From assembly GCA_035446985.1 (NCBI GenBank), contig DAOTGG010000002.1, positions 1,925-65,924 of the forward strand: 64,000 nt of DNA, written 5' to 3'. The position numbers and the translations under genes are program-made. This DNA is from Eubacteriales bacterium. Lineage in GTDB: Bacteria > Bacillota > Clostridia > Christensenellales > CAG-314. Positions 36,132 through 46,100 of this stretch are shown here, piece by piece. Under the pieces are notes generated by a model. That model made no database searches and was not told where the DNA came from. It saw only the letters and a program-made list of their open reading frames with translations. Numbering within the stretch: the stretch's first letter is position 1; each line of letters starts with the position of its first letter.

Positions 36132-36791
36132 TTATCTTTCGTTTTCTTTTAAATCAAGTGCGTCGGTTTTGTCTGTCAAACCTTCCTTTTGTTTTTCGCA
36201 ATCGGTTACCGCGGTCTTTTTATCGTCGGCATTGTTGTAATTTTCATCGCCTTTAAGCAGTATTTTGTCCAAAACTTTTGTGTCAATCACAATGAAAGTC
36301 AAAATAAAGTTAACGACCACCATTATAATTTGGAACGGAACTCTGCCTAACCAATAGATCCAAAACGTTTTACTGAATCCGTCCAGACTCCAAGACAACC
36401 ACCACCAAAGACCGTAAGTATTGAGTCCCGCCGTGCAAACAACTCCGCAGGTAATGGTAGCCAAAAGAAGTTTGTCGTATTTTTTGAGCTTCGGTATCAT
36501 CCAAATAAGAGCGGGAATAAGACCGAGTAAGGCGGACGAAACGGCGATATACGGATTGTAAAAAGCCGCTTTCGGTGAGATAAGATGCCCTAATAAGTCC
36601 CCCAAAAAACCTACCGTAAGACCTGGCACAGGTCCAAGGTAAATGCCGGCTAGAAAACAAATAAGATAAGTAAAAGCCAGCGTGTTGCTTCCGGTCGCAT
36701 TGAGCGGAACGGAAAAAATGTTTGCGACCACGTTAAGCGCGACAAAAACCGCAGTAAAAGCGATTTTGCGCGTACGCGACATTTTTGACAT
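36132..36791 (-). CDS. folT: ECF transporter S component, probably folate-family (FolT-like)
   Basis: ~219 aa, 6 TM, N-terminus KIAFTAVFVALNVVANIFSVPL. It is preceded by a THF riboswitch. The start is at MSKMSRT, with GGGAGG upstream. Confidence 0.7.
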   Translation of the reverse strand: MSKMSRTRKIAFTAVFVALNVVANIFSVPLNATGSNTLAFTYLICFLAGIYLGPVPGLTVGFLGDLLGHLISPKAAFYNPYIAVSSALLGLIPALIWMIPKLKKYDKLLLATITCGVVCTAGLNTYGLWWWLSWSLDGFSKTFWIYWLGRVPFQIIMVVVNFILTFIVIDTKVLDKILLKGDENYNNADDKKTAVTDCEKQKEGLTDKTDALDLKENER

Positions 36792-36894
36792 AAAAAAACC
36801 TCCCACGCAAAGGGAAGTCCGTAAAACGCGCGGTTAAAATTTCCACGCGAAAATGTTTATGCCCGAAAAAACCAAGCCGTCGGACATAATTTGT

Positions 36895-36995
36895 ATTTTT
36901 CACAACGGACGCGACATACCACCGCAGAGAAAAATCTCTTTCGTTGTCGGACGACTTCCCATTCCGACACACTTAACGCGATATGCCTACTTTGC
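36895..36995 (-). promoter_or_regulatory. THF (tetrahydrofolate) riboswitch
   Basis: Minus-strand RNA AGUAGGCAUAUCGCGUUAAGUGUGUCGGAAUGGGAAGUCGUCCGACAACGAAAGAGAUUUUUCUCUGCGGUGGUAUGUCGCGUCCGUU closely parallels the Eubacterium siraeum THF aptamer (..AGUAG..CGCGUUAAGUGUGUGUGAAUGGGAUGUCGUCACACAACGAAGC..GCGGUG..). A downstream hairpin, CGCGUGGAAAUUUUAACCGCGCG plus UUUU, precedes the RBS. Confidence 0.85.
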
Positions 36996-37153
36996 AAAAT
37001 CAATATATCATACTAATCATTAAAAGTAAAGCAAACCTCGAATTTATAAAATTTTTTTTAAGTGTTTCTTTCCTAATATTTTTTATAAACTTAAAATGCT
37101 TGATTTTATAGTAAAGTAACTATTAAGTTTTTGCAAAAATGCATAAATTCGCC

Positions 37154-37182
37154 AATAAAAAAACGCCGAATATTCGACGTTT
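37154..37182 (-). terminator. Intrinsic terminator of uvrA
   Basis: On the minus strand, the AACGUCGAAUAUUCGGCGUU hairpin is followed by UUUUUUAUU. Confidence 0.65.
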
Positions 37183-37203
37183 CTTGTTTTTAATTTATTA
37201 AAT

Positions 37204-40029
37204 TTAATTTTTCAGTTTTTGATTTTCCAAGTGCGCTTTCAAAAACTTACCCGTATAGCTTTTTTCATTTTTCGCTATTTGCTCGGGTGTGCCGACCGCC
37301 ACTATTTCGCCGCCTTTATCGCCGCCTTCGGGTCCAAGGTCGATAATATAATCGGCTACTTTTATAACGTCAAGATTATGCTCGATAACGATAACAGTAT
37401 TGCCGTTAGCGACAAGCCGCTGCAAAATCGAAATCAAATTATCCACGTCAAAAGAGTGCAGTCCCGTCGTCGGTTCGTCCAAAATATAAACGGTTTTTCC
37501 CGTGCTTCGTCTGGCTAATTCTGTGGCAAGTTTTACCCTTTGAGCTTCGCCGCCTGAAAGAGTGGTCGCGCTTTGACCAAGCTTTATATAACCCAGTCCC
37601 ACGTCGAAAAGGGTTTGCAGTTTATTGCTTATTGACGTAATATGTTTGAAAAATCCCAACGCCTCTTCCACCGTCATATCCAGTACGTCGGCTATATTTT
37701 TACCTTTATATTTTACTTCCAGCGTTTCTCGATTATAGCGTTTGCCTTTACATACGGGACATGGCACGTAAACGTCGGGCAAAAAGTTCATTTCTATACG
37801 CAAAATTCCGTCGCCGAAACAGTTTTCGCATCTTCCGCCCTTTACGTTAAAACTAAACCGCCCTATCTTGTAACCCCTTTCTTTTGCGTCAGGAGTAGCG
37901 GCATATAGAGTACGGAGCGGCGTGAATAAATTTGTGTATGTCGCGGGATTGCTTCGCGGATTGCGTCCTATCGGGCTTTGGTCGATAGAAATAACTTTGT
38001 CAAGATTTTCGTAACCGATAATGTCGCCGCACTCGACTTTTTTCTCGCGCGCGCGGTTAAGTACGTGTTCGAGTTTCGGCAGTAAAGTCTCGTTAATCAA
38101 AGACGATTTTCCGCTGCCCGAAACGCCAGTAATGCAAGTGAACGCGCCGAGCGGAATGTCTATATCTATGCCTTTAAGATTATTTTTCTCCGCGTGTTTG
38201 ATACTCAGATATTCGCCGTTTCCCTTACGCCTTTCGGTCGGTACGGGAATAAATTCTTTACCCGAAAGATACTGCCCAGTCACAGATTGCGGACAAGCGA
38301 TAATATCTTCGGGTGTTCCAGTCGCGACGATTTTGCCGCCGTGAATGCCCGCTCCTACGCCGACGTCCACTATATAATCCGCGCTCATTATCGTTTCTTC
38401 GTCATGCTCTACCACAATCAAAGTGTTGCCAAGATCGCGCAGACGTTTTAAAGTGGCGATAAGTTTTTCATTATCACGCTGATGAAGCCCGATGCTCGGT
38501 TCGTCCAAGATATAAAGCACGCCAACCAGTCCGCTGCCTATCTGCGTAGCGAGACGTATTCTCTGCGCTTCGCCGCCCGACAAACTGCCGCTGGAACGGG
38601 AAAGAGTAAGATAATTCAGACCCACATCCATTAAAAATTTTAATCTCGCTTTTATTTCTTTTAAAACGACTTCGGCGATAATTGATTTTGTTTTATCAAG
38701 TTTTAAAGTTTCAAAAAAATGCAAACATTTATCTATGGGCATCTGCGTAATATCATATATATTTTTGCCGTCGATTTTTACGCTCAATACTTCTTTTTTC
38801 AGTCTTTTTCCGTGACAAGTTTCGCATTCCGTCGTAACCATAAAGTTTTCATATTCCCGGCGGGTGTAGTCGCTTGTCGTTTCTTTGTATCGGCGCGTCA
38901 TCATCGGAATTATGCCTTCCCAACGCGAATTATAATATCTGCCGTCGCTCATTTTTACCTGGAACTTTTCGCCGCCGCCGCCGTACATAATAAGGTCGTA
39001 TATTTTTTTCGGCAGCTCTTTTACGGGAACGTCGCACGAAAAACCGTAGTGAGCGGACAAACTTTCAAAATAATTGTACATCCAGCTGGTGTTATCGAGC
39101 GAAAATCCCATCATTCTTATCGCTCCGTCGTGAAGCGATTTTGTTGTGTCGGGGCAAATAAGATTTTCGTCAAAACTCATTTTGAAACCAAGTCCCGTGC
39201 AGTCGGGGCATGCGCCGAAAGGAGAGTTAAAGCTGAACATTCTGGGTTCAAGTTCTTCTATCGTAATTCCGCAGTCGGGGCAAGTGTATTTTTCCGAAAA
39301 CAGAGTTTCTCCTTCGTCTGTCGCCACCGTCACCAGTCCTTCGGCAAGTTTTAACGCCGTTTCAACGCTGTCGGTCAGACGTGTATTGGAATCTTCTTTT
39401 AAAACTATTCTATCGATAACCACGCTGATACTGTGCTTGTTGTTTTTTTCAAGCTCAATTTCGTCGTCAAGCGTATACTGAATACCGTCCACAACAATAC
39501 GTATAAATCCGCTCTTTTTTAACTGTTCAAAAAGCTGACGATATTCGCCTTTTCGTCCGCGAATAACGGGAGCGAGTATTTGTATCTTTGTGCCAATGGG
39601 CATTTCTTTGATTTTATCGGTAATTTGATCTATCGTTGTGCGTTTGATTTCTTTTCCGCATTCGGGACAGTAAGGAGTGCCTACGCGCGCGAAAAGCAAT
39701 CTTAGGTAATCGTATATTTCAGTCACCGTGCCTACTGTGGAACGGGGATTGTTGTTGGTCGTTTTTTGGTCTATCGAAATAGCGGGTGAAAGCCCCTCAA
39801 TATACTCGACGTCGGGCTTGTCCATTTGTCCTAAAAACTGTCTTGCGTAAGACGACAGGCTCTCGATATATCTTCTTTGTCCTTCGGCAAATATCGTATC
39901 AAAAGCCAGCGACGATTTGCCGCTGCCGCTTATGCCCGTAAAAACGACGAGTTTGTCGCGGGGAATACGGACGTCTATGCCTTTAAGATTGTGCGCTTTC
40001 GCGTTTTTTACGTAAATTTCGTTCATCAT
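37204..40029 (-). CDS. uvrA: Excinuclease ABC subunit A
   Basis: 941 aa. It has two ABC ATPase modules ([14 protein letters not shown] and [11 protein letters not shown]) and zinc-finger Cys clusters. Confidence 0.97.
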   Translation of the reverse strand: MMNEIYVKNAKAHNLKGIDVRIPRDKLVVFTGISGSGKSSLAFDTIFAEGQRRYIESLSSYARQFLGQMDKPDVEYIEGLSPAISIDQKTTNNNPRSTVGTVTEIYDYLRLLFARVGTPYCPECGKEIKRTTIDQITDKIKEMPIGTKIQILAPVIRGRKGEYRQLFEQLKKSGFIRIVVDGIQYTLDDEIELEKNNKHSISVVIDRIVLKEDSNTRLTDSVETALKLAEGLVTVATDEGETLFSEKYTCPDCGITIEELEPRMFSFNSPFGACPDCTGLGFKMSFDENLICPDTTKSLHDGAIRMMGFSLDNTSWMYNYFESLSAHYGFSCDVPVKELPKKIYDLIMYGGGGEKFQVKMSDGRYYNSRWEGIIPMMTRRYKETTSDYTRREYENFMVTTECETCHGKRLKKEVLSVKIDGKNIYDITQMPIDKCLHFFETLKLDKTKSIIAEVVLKEIKARLKFLMDVGLNYLTLSRSSGSLSGGEAQRIRLATQIGSGLVGVLYILDEPSIGLHQRDNEKLIATLKRLRDLGNTLIVVEHDEETIMSADYIVDVGVGAGIHGGKIVATGTPEDIIACPQSVTGQYLSGKEFIPVPTERRKGNGEYLSIKHAEKNNLKGIDIDIPLGAFTCITGVSGSGKSSLINETLLPKLEHVLNRAREKKVECGDIIGYENLDKVISIDQSPIGRNPRSNPATYTNLFTPLRTLYAATPDAKERGYKIGRFSFNVKGGRCENCFGDGILRIEMNFLPDVYVPCPVCKGKRYNRETLEVKYKGKNIADVLDMTVEEALGFFKHITSISNKLQTLFDVGLGYIKLGQSATTLSGGEAQRVKLATELARRSTGKTVYILDEPTTGLHSFDVDNLISILQRLVANGNTVIVIEHNLDVIKVADYIIDLGPEGGDKGGEIVAVGTPEQIAKNEKSYTGKFLKAHLENQKLKN

Positions 40030-40081
40030 TGATCTTGCTCTACCGATTTTTTCCTTTAGTTATGTTTTATTTAATCAAAAC

Positions 40082-42058
40082 TTAATTTTGTTTATTATTT
40101 TTCGCTTTGCCGACTTTTTCTATCCTTTTGGTGAGTTTGCCGACGGTTTCCCTTAACTCTATCGCTCTTTCAAAATCCAGTTGTCCAGCCGCTTCTTTCA
40201 TTGCAGCGGTAAGACGGGTAACCTCCGCTTTCATTTCTTCCAGTCCCATTTGAGCGGATTCTTTTTTGGTTATTTCAAGGCTGTTCGCCACGTTATGCTC
40301 GATGGATTTTGGAATAATATTATTTTTACGGTTGTATTCGCTCTGTATTTCTCTGCGGCGGTTTGTTTCGCTTATCGCCCTTTCCATACTGCCCGTGATG
40401 TTATCGGCATACATAACAACCCTGCCCGCAACGTTACGCGCGGCTCTGCCTACGGTCTGAATGAGCGCGCTTTCCGAACGCAAAAATCCTTCTTTGTCGG
40501 CGTCCAAAATAGCCACTAACTGGACTTGCGGCAAGTCAAGACCTTCACGCAAAAGGTTAATGCCTACCAGTACGTCAAAACTGCCTTTTTTCAATCCCGA
40601 TATTATGTCTATACGCTCTAAGGTATCTATGTCGCTATGCATATATCTGACTTTTATATTTCTCTCGGCAAGATATTTCGTCAACGCTTCCGCCATACGC
40701 TTAGTGAGCGTTGTCACGAGCGTTCTGCCTTTATTTTGCGTAACGGCGGTTATTTCGGTAATAAGGTCGTCTATTTGCCCTGCCGTGGGTCTTACAATTA
40801 TTTCAGGGTCGACAAGTCCCGTGGGGCGAATAATCTGTTCCACAATTTGCCCAGCCTGAGACATTTCGTATTCAGCGGGGGTTGCGGAAAAACAAATCAA
40901 CTGTCCCAAACGCGCGTCAAATTCTTCAAACCTTAATGGTCGGTTGTCGTACGCGCTTTTTAAGCGAAAACCGAACTCCACCAGATTATCTTTTCTTGCT
41001 CTGTCGCCGCGGTACATACCCCTGACCTGGGGCAGCGTCATATGACTTTCGTCCACAAAAGTCAAAAAATCTTCGGGGAAATAATCAAGCAAAGTATAAG
41101 GCGAATCACCGGGTTTTCTGCCGTCAAAATATCTGGAATAATTTTCAATACCCGAGCAGTAACCTAATTCGCGTATCATTTCTATGTCGTAACTGACACG
41201 TTGGCGCAACCTGTACGCTTCTATTATTTTTCCTTGGTCCTCAAAAGCCTTGACTTCGTCTTCCATATCTTTTTGAATTTTACCCAAAGCCTCGTCTACC
41301 GAGATGCCGTTAATCACGTAGTGCGACGCGGGGAAAATAATCGTGTGCAATAGTACGGATTTTACATTTCCGTCAACCGCGCCGATTTCGCAGATACGCT
41401 CAACCGTGTCGCCGAAAAATTCTATCCTAATGCCTACGTCGCTGCTGTTTGCGGGGAAAACTTCCACTATGTCGCCCCTTACGCGGAACGTGCCGCGCGC
41501 AAAATCCATATCACTGCGCTGGTACTGAATTTTGACAAGTCTTTTTATGACTTCTCCACGGCTAATTTCATCGTTTGGACGCAGACTGACGCTGTTTTTG
41601 TAATAATCATCTGGTCCGCCCAAGCCGTAAATGCACGATACCGAAGCGACGACAATCGTGTCCTTGCGCTCGAATAGCGAACAAGTGGCGGAGTGGCGCA
41701 ACTTGTCAATTTCCTGATTTATTTCCAATTCTTTTTCAATATACAAGTCGCGCGATGGAATGTAGCTTTCGGGCATATAGTAGTCATAATACGAAACAAA
41801 GAATTCCACCCTGTTAGAAGGGAAGAATTCTCTAAATTCGTTGCACAACTGCGCCGCCAAAGTTTTGTTGTGACAAATAACCAAAGCGGGGCGGTTGGTG
41901 CGGGCAATGATATTAGCCATTGTAAAAGTCTTGCCGCTGCCCGTTACGCCGCGCAAGACTTGTTCACGCAAACCGTCGTTAAGTCCCGCGACAAGTTTGT
42001 CAATGGCTTGCGGCTGGTCACCGCAAGGTTGGTATTTTGATACTAATTTAAAATCCAT
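40082..42058 (-). CDS. uvrB: Excinuclease ABC subunit B
   Basis: 658 aa. It has GVTGSGKTFTMA, helicase motifs, and the C-terminal UVR domain (QLDFERAIELRE). Confidence 0.97.
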   Translation of the reverse strand: MDFKLVSKYQPCGDQPQAIDKLVAGLNDGLREQVLRGVTGSGKTFTMANIIARTNRPALVICHNKTLAAQLCNEFREFFPSNRVEFFVSYYDYYMPESYIPSRDLYIEKELEINQEIDKLRHSATCSLFERKDTIVVASVSCIYGLGGPDDYYKNSVSLRPNDEISRGEVIKRLVKIQYQRSDMDFARGTFRVRGDIVEVFPANSSDVGIRIEFFGDTVERICEIGAVDGNVKSVLLHTIIFPASHYVINGISVDEALGKIQKDMEDEVKAFEDQGKIIEAYRLRQRVSYDIEMIRELGYCSGIENYSRYFDGRKPGDSPYTLLDYFPEDFLTFVDESHMTLPQVRGMYRGDRARKDNLVEFGFRLKSAYDNRPLRFEEFDARLGQLICFSATPAEYEMSQAGQIVEQIIRPTGLVDPEIIVRPTAGQIDDLITEITAVTQNKGRTLVTTLTKRMAEALTKYLAERNIKVRYMHSDIDTLERIDIISGLKKGSFDVLVGINLLREGLDLPQVQLVAILDADKEGFLRSESALIQTVGRAARNVAGRVVMYADNITGSMERAISETNRRREIQSEYNRKNNIIPKSIEHNVANSLEITKKESAQMGLEEMKAEVTRLTAAMKEAAGQLDFERAIELRETVGKLTKRIEKVGKAKNNKQN

Positions 42059-42826
42059 TTATTTATTCAAATTGTAAATAATGTTAAGCCCTTCCAACGA
42101 AAGACCTCTGTCAATGATATCGAACAGCGGCTCTTGGTCTGTGATAAGCTCGCTAAGTCCGCCTGTGGCAATAACTTTTACATTAGGTTCGTTCATTTCT
42201 TTTTTTATTTTTTCTATAATATATTTTGTCGCGCCGATGTTGGAAAAAATAACGCCTGATTGTATGCCTTTTATCGTGCTGTTACCTATAGCTTTTTCCG
42301 CTTTTATAAGTTCCACTCGGGGAAGCTGTGCTGTGTTTCGAGCCAAAGCTTCCACCGCCGTTTTCATACCTATCGATATAGCTCCGCCAATAAACTCGTT
42401 TTTGCCGTTAACGACGGAAAAAGTGGTCGCAGTACCGAAATCCGTCAAAATAAACGGCGCGCCGTATTTTTTTATCGCCGCAACGCAATTTACTATTCTG
42501 TCCGCGCCGAGTTCTTTTGGGTTTTCATATTTGATATGAAGTCCCGTTTTTACTCCCGCTTCTACAAATAGCGAATTTAGGTGAAAATAATATTGTAATG
42601 CGTGTTCTATTGTGTAATTAAGCTGCGGAATAACGCTGCTGATAATTGCGGCGTTAATAAGCGACTCGTCAATATTTTGCGCGGTGAAAAGCTGTTTCAT
42701 AACAGCCCCAACTTCGTCGGCTGTACGCTTGACGTCAGTACTCATTTTCCAGCTGTGCGTTAATACGTTATTTTTGAACAATCCCAGTTTTATATTAGTA
42801 TTGCCTATATCAATGGCCAGTAACAT
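42059..42826 (-). CDS. coaX: Type III pantothenate kinase
   Basis: 255 aa. MLLAIDIGNTNIKLGLF and the GADR motif are present. Confidence 0.9.
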   Translation of the reverse strand: MLLAIDIGNTNIKLGLFKNNVLTHSWKMSTDVKRTADEVGAVMKQLFTAQNIDESLINAAIISSVIPQLNYTIEHALQYYFHLNSLFVEAGVKTGLHIKYENPKELGADRIVNCVAAIKKYGAPFILTDFGTATTFSVVNGKNEFIGGAISIGMKTAVEALARNTAQLPRVELIKAEKAIGNSTIKGIQSGVIFSNIGATKYIIEKIKKEMNEPNVKVIATGGLSELITDQEPLFDIIDRGLSLEGLNIIYNLNK

Positions 42827-42852
42827 TTTTTCTCCTTTGATTTTAATTAAAA

Positions 42853-43524
42853 TTAATTTTCGATTATTTGAGGTTTTATCGGATTTGCTTCAATTCCCAA
42901 ATGCAACGCTTTTCTTACGCCAATAATAATTTGCGGAGCAAGCGCAATGGATACCAAATATTCGGGAAGTATATTAGTAAAAATAACTACCTTGATAATA
43001 CCAAAAAGCGTGCTGTGTTCAACGTATAATATCGTCTTAGTAATATTTAGAGCTAATAAGAATAATACCGTATTCGCGATAAGCCCCATAAATATAGCTA
43101 TCGAAAGAGCCAAAGTTTCTCTCAAACGGATTTTTTCCATTTTTGCAAAAACTTTTTTCATCAGTCTGTATACGCCAAAAGTAACGGGACCGACGAACAA
43201 TCTAGGTATTAAGTATATCAAAATCGCGTAAATCAAAACGATTGGATTTCCGCCGCCGACAGCTTCGGCTATATACATAATTTCGCCAAAAATAAACGCC
43301 TTTATAAGGCTTGCCAATCCAAAAAAAGTTCCCGCCAAAAACGCGGTTAAAATGTCGTTTTGTATAAGGCAGAATGAAAAAGTAACCAGCAAGACGCACA
43401 CCGCCGTAGAAATGGGCAAAAACGACATACTCACAACCTTGTCAATCGCCATAGCGACCGCTATTGTCGCGAACATAATTCCGTACAGGCTGATACGATA
43501 CGTTTTTTTTGAAGTGTCAATCAT
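42853..43524 (-). CDS. Multi-TM membrane protein, ECF S-component-like (substrate unknown; the coaX neighbourhood hints at pantothenate)
   Basis: 223 aa with ~6 TM helices. The N-terminus ISLYGIMFATIAVAMAI resembles S components. It lies immediately upstream of coaX in the same orientation. Confidence 0.4.
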   Translation of the reverse strand: MIDTSKKTYRISLYGIMFATIAVAMAIDKVVSMSFLPISTAVCVLLVTFSFCLIQNDILTAFLAGTFFGLASLIKAFIFGEIMYIAEAVGGGNPIVLIYAILIYLIPRLFVGPVTFGVYRLMKKVFAKMEKIRLRETLALSIAIFMGLIANTVLFLLALNITKTILYVEHSTLFGIIKVVIFTNILPEYLVSIALAPQIIIGVRKALHLGIEANPIKPQIIEN

Positions 43525-43620
43525 TGTTCTCCGCTACGGTTTCGTAAAAACGAATACCGTTCGTTTTAGCATTAAAACGAAAAATTAAGATAGCGTTTAT
43601 GTAAAATACGCTTCGAAAAT

Positions 43621-43649
43621 ATTATATCACACAGGCTCTTGTTTTACAA
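43621..43649 (-). promoter_or_regulatory. Sigma-A-type promoter (extended -10) for 42853-43524
   Basis: On the minus strand: TTGTAA (43644-43649), 17 nt, then TGaTATAAT (43621-43626). Confidence 0.5.
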
Positions 43650-43818
43650 CGCAAAACCGCCCAAAACAAAAAAACAAACGCATTTTTATTAAGTAAATAA
43701 CAGTCTGATACGCACAATTAAACGAGCGTAAAGTAACACATTTTTTTTGGCTGTCATAGGGTAAAATATACATTCTTTTAATTACGGAATGTATGAATTT
43801 ACATCGGAGGTACGCGTT

Positions 43819-44049
43819 ATGTTCAACGGACTTTTTGGACCTAATCCCGAACACGGCGGCGGCGGCTTTTGCGGACTTGGTAATTGTACTTGGATCATAT
43901 TGATTCTGATTTTCTGTTGCTGCTGCGGCGGCGGCGGAAAATGGAGACCTTTCTGTCTGACAATTAATCCTTGCTGTCTGCTTCTGTGGCTTGGTCTGCT
44001 TTACTGCACGGGAACGGTTTCACTTGGCTGCCATCCCAGAGAGAGCTAG
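43819..44049 (+). CDS. Small Cys/Gly-rich hydrophobic protein (YjcZ-like tiny membrane protein style)
   Basis: The start was moved to MFNGLFG (GGAGG lies 8 nt upstream). 76 aa: MFNGLFGPNPEHGGGGFCGLGNCTWIILILIFCCCCGGGGKWRPFCLTINPCCLLLWLGLLYCTGTVSLGCHPRES. It contains 13 Cys and is followed by a strong terminator. Confidence 0.5.
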   Translation: MFNGLFGPNPEHGGGGFCGLGNCTWIILILIFCCCCGGGGKWRPFCLTINPCCLLLWLGLLYCTGTVSLGCHPRES

Positions 44050-44127
44050 TAAAGTAGCTTAATTTTCATCTCCCCTTACAAAAGAACTCCTCCTTTTACT
44101 TAAAAAGTCTGGGATATGAAAAAAATC

Positions 44128-44162
44128 GACGGTCGATATAAAAAGTCGACCGTCTTTTTTTA
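44128..44162 (+). terminator. Intrinsic terminator of the Cys-rich peptide gene
   Basis: GACGGUCGAUAUAAAAAGUCGACCGUC hairpin followed by U7. Confidence 0.8.
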
Positions 44163-44294
44163 TTAAATTTTTTAGCGCAAAGTGTTTGACATAAGTCGGG
44201 TTTTACTTTATTATTATTCCATTGTTTCTTTTTTACCTTAGGTTATGATTACTAGAATTTCATTTGAAAAAACTTCGTAAAGGAGAAAAATATA

Positions 44295-45470
44295 ATGAAA
44301 AATGTCGGAACAATCTCCATCGGCGTTCGCGCCCCTATCATTCGCAAAGGCGATGATTTGGTAACAATCGTAACTGATAGCGTTGTAAAAGCAGCCGAAG
44401 AAATGAAACTCGGTTTTTGCGAAAAAGACGTTATCGCGGTCACGGAAGCCGTGGTGGCTCGTTGTCAAGGCAACTATGCAACCACAGAACAAATTGCAAA
44501 AGACGTCAAAAACAAAACGGGTGGCGATACTGTCGGAGTACTTTTCCCGATACTATCGCGCAACCGTTTTTCTATGCTCTTGCAAGGTATTTCCCGCGGC
44601 TGCAAAAAGGTCATCATTCAGCTTTCTTACCCCGGCGACGAAGTGGGCAATCCGCTTATCGACATTTCCGCGGTAGACAACGCTAACGTAGACCCTTATC
44701 GCGACAGCTTTACAGAAAGCGAATTCGTAGCGAAATTTGGTAAACCCCTGCACCCGTTTACACAGGTAAATTATATTGATTTTTATAAGTCAATTTGCCC
44801 CAACTGCGAAATCGTTATCTCCAACCGTCCCGATTACATTCTCAACTACACAAAAACCGTCATCGTGTGCGATATTCACAAACGCGCTCGCACAAAAGCT
44901 CAACTTATTAGAGCGGGAGCGCAAAAAGTGCTTGCTCTTGACGAATTAATGACTTCGTCTGTTGACGGAAGCGGTTACAATGAAAAATACGGCGTTCTTG
45001 GCAGCAACCTTGCTACCGAAACCAGCGTAAAACTTTTCCCGCGCGACGCTGAAAGTTTTGTTGAAAAACTTGAAAAATCGCTTTATGAAAAAACAGGCAC
45101 ACGCCTTCAAGTTATGGTTTACGGCGACGGCGCGTTCAAAGATCCCGTCGGCGGAATTTGGGAACTTGCAGACCCCGTTGTTTCCCCCGCTCACAGCAAA
45201 AGCCTTATCGGCAGCCCTAACGAATTAAAGCTTAAATATATTGCAGATACCGATTTGAAAGACTGCGCAAAAGGCGAAGCTGAAGAAAAAATGAAAGAAA
45301 TGATTCGTCGTAAAGGCGACACCATGGGACAAATGTGCGGACAAGGCACGACACCCAGAAGTTTGACCGATTTACTCGGCAGTTTGTGCGACCTTACAAG
45401 CGGCAGCGGCGACAAAGGCACTCCTATCATTTGGATTAAAGGCTATTTTGATAACTACTCAAACGACTAA
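44295..45470 (+). CDS. F420-0:gamma-glutamyl ligase (CofE) fold family protein, long form
   Basis: 391 aa. APIIRKGDDLVTIV...DVIAVTEAVVARCQG parallels CofE LPLIKEGDDLAELI...DVLVVCSTVISKAEG. GVLGSNLATETSVKLFPRDAESFVEKLEKSLYEKTGTRLQVMVYGDG parallels NAGIDASN...LLPPLDPDGSAEKLRRRILELTGKRVGVIITDT. It has a ~110-aa insertion relative to archaeal CofE. Confidence 0.55.
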   Translation: MKNVGTISIGVRAPIIRKGDDLVTIVTDSVVKAAEEMKLGFCEKDVIAVTEAVVARCQGNYATTEQIAKDVKNKTGGDTVGVLFPILSRNRFSMLLQGISRGCKKVIIQLSYPGDEVGNPLIDISAVDNANVDPYRDSFTESEFVAKFGKPLHPFTQVNYIDFYKSICPNCEIVISNRPDYILNYTKTVIVCDIHKRARTKAQLIRAGAQKVLALDELMTSSVDGSGYNEKYGVLGSNLATETSVKLFPRDAESFVEKLEKSLYEKTGTRLQVMVYGDGAFKDPVGGIWELADPVVSPAHSKSLIGSPNELKLKYIADTDLKDCAKGEAEEKMKEMIRRKGDTMGQMCGQGTTPRSLTDLLGSLCDLTSGSGDKGTPIIWIKGYFDNYSND

Positions 45471-45603
45471 TTTTAATCGTATTTGAGCGATATAATAGTC
45501 ACAATTCCATCTTCAATAGCTTTACGCTCGCGAAAATTAACAAAAAATTTAAAAGGACGGAATATCCGTCCTTTTTTATTTGGTTTTTGACTATTAACAA
45601 GCG

Positions 45604-46091
45604 TCAATCTATTTTTGCTTTTGGGCATTTTTCTTTTATAAACGCCAAAAAATCTCGCGCATCGCCCTCTGTAAAATTATGCTTATCAACTATATGCAGA
45701 ATACTTGTATGATAAATTAGAAGATAAAAGTTACGTCTTATAAGTTTAATCGTGTTGTAGTGACTTTTTAATTCGTAGCCGCTCATTAAATCTGTTGAAA
45801 TTATGTAATTATCAAAAACTGAACCTTTACCATTCTGGTGCCATAAGTTTTCATTTCTGTGCGAACTATGCCAAACGGTCTATAAATAATTATAAATAAA
45901 AGAAAACAGGCAATAATCGCTAAATCTGCTATTCCGTCATACTGTGAAAGCAGACCGTTGTATACTGCTAAAAAGACGCATAATGCCATTGGAATTATGA
46001 AAAGAAGATTTACTTTAAAATCCCAATATACACTTTTGTAAAATTCCAACATATTTTTTTCGTTTTTCGCCATCATATTTTCGTATATCAA
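45604..46091 (-). pseudogene. Frameshifted paralog of the YcxB-like membrane protein at 46101-46613
   Basis: ORFs 45801-46091 (N-terminal, 2 TM) and 45604-45786 (C-terminal, ...ILHIVDKHNFTEGDARDFLAFIKEKCPKAKID) together match the 170-aa neighbour (...LMYIIDKRNFTYGSAEDFLEFMKEKCPNIKIER). The frame changes in the run CAGTTTTTGATAAT. One extra T would give QFFDNYIIS, which parallels QFYDEYIFS in the intact copy. Confidence 0.65.
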
Positions 46092-46100
46092 AATAAATTC

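Noticed and set aside
36733-36972. 79-aa minus-strand ORF upstream of the folT-like gene
   Set aside because: It coincides with the THF riboswitch and its expression platform, so the sequence is explained as structured RNA.
38719-39354. 211-aa plus-strand ORF inside uvrA, and the similar antisense ORFs 17304-17882 in EF-G, 9769-10245 in the diguanylate cyclase, 11965-12435 in the permease, 40461-40859 in uvrB and 55211-55654 in the decarboxylase
   Set aside because: All are antisense to genes with unambiguous conserved motifs. They have no RBS and have biased, repetitive amino-acid composition. They are typical shadow ORFs.
43627-43854. 75-aa minus-strand ORF between the S-component-like gene and the Cys-rich peptide gene
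   Set aside because: It spans the promoter region of 42853-43524 and runs antisense into the RBS and start of the Cys-rich peptide gene. It has no RBS.
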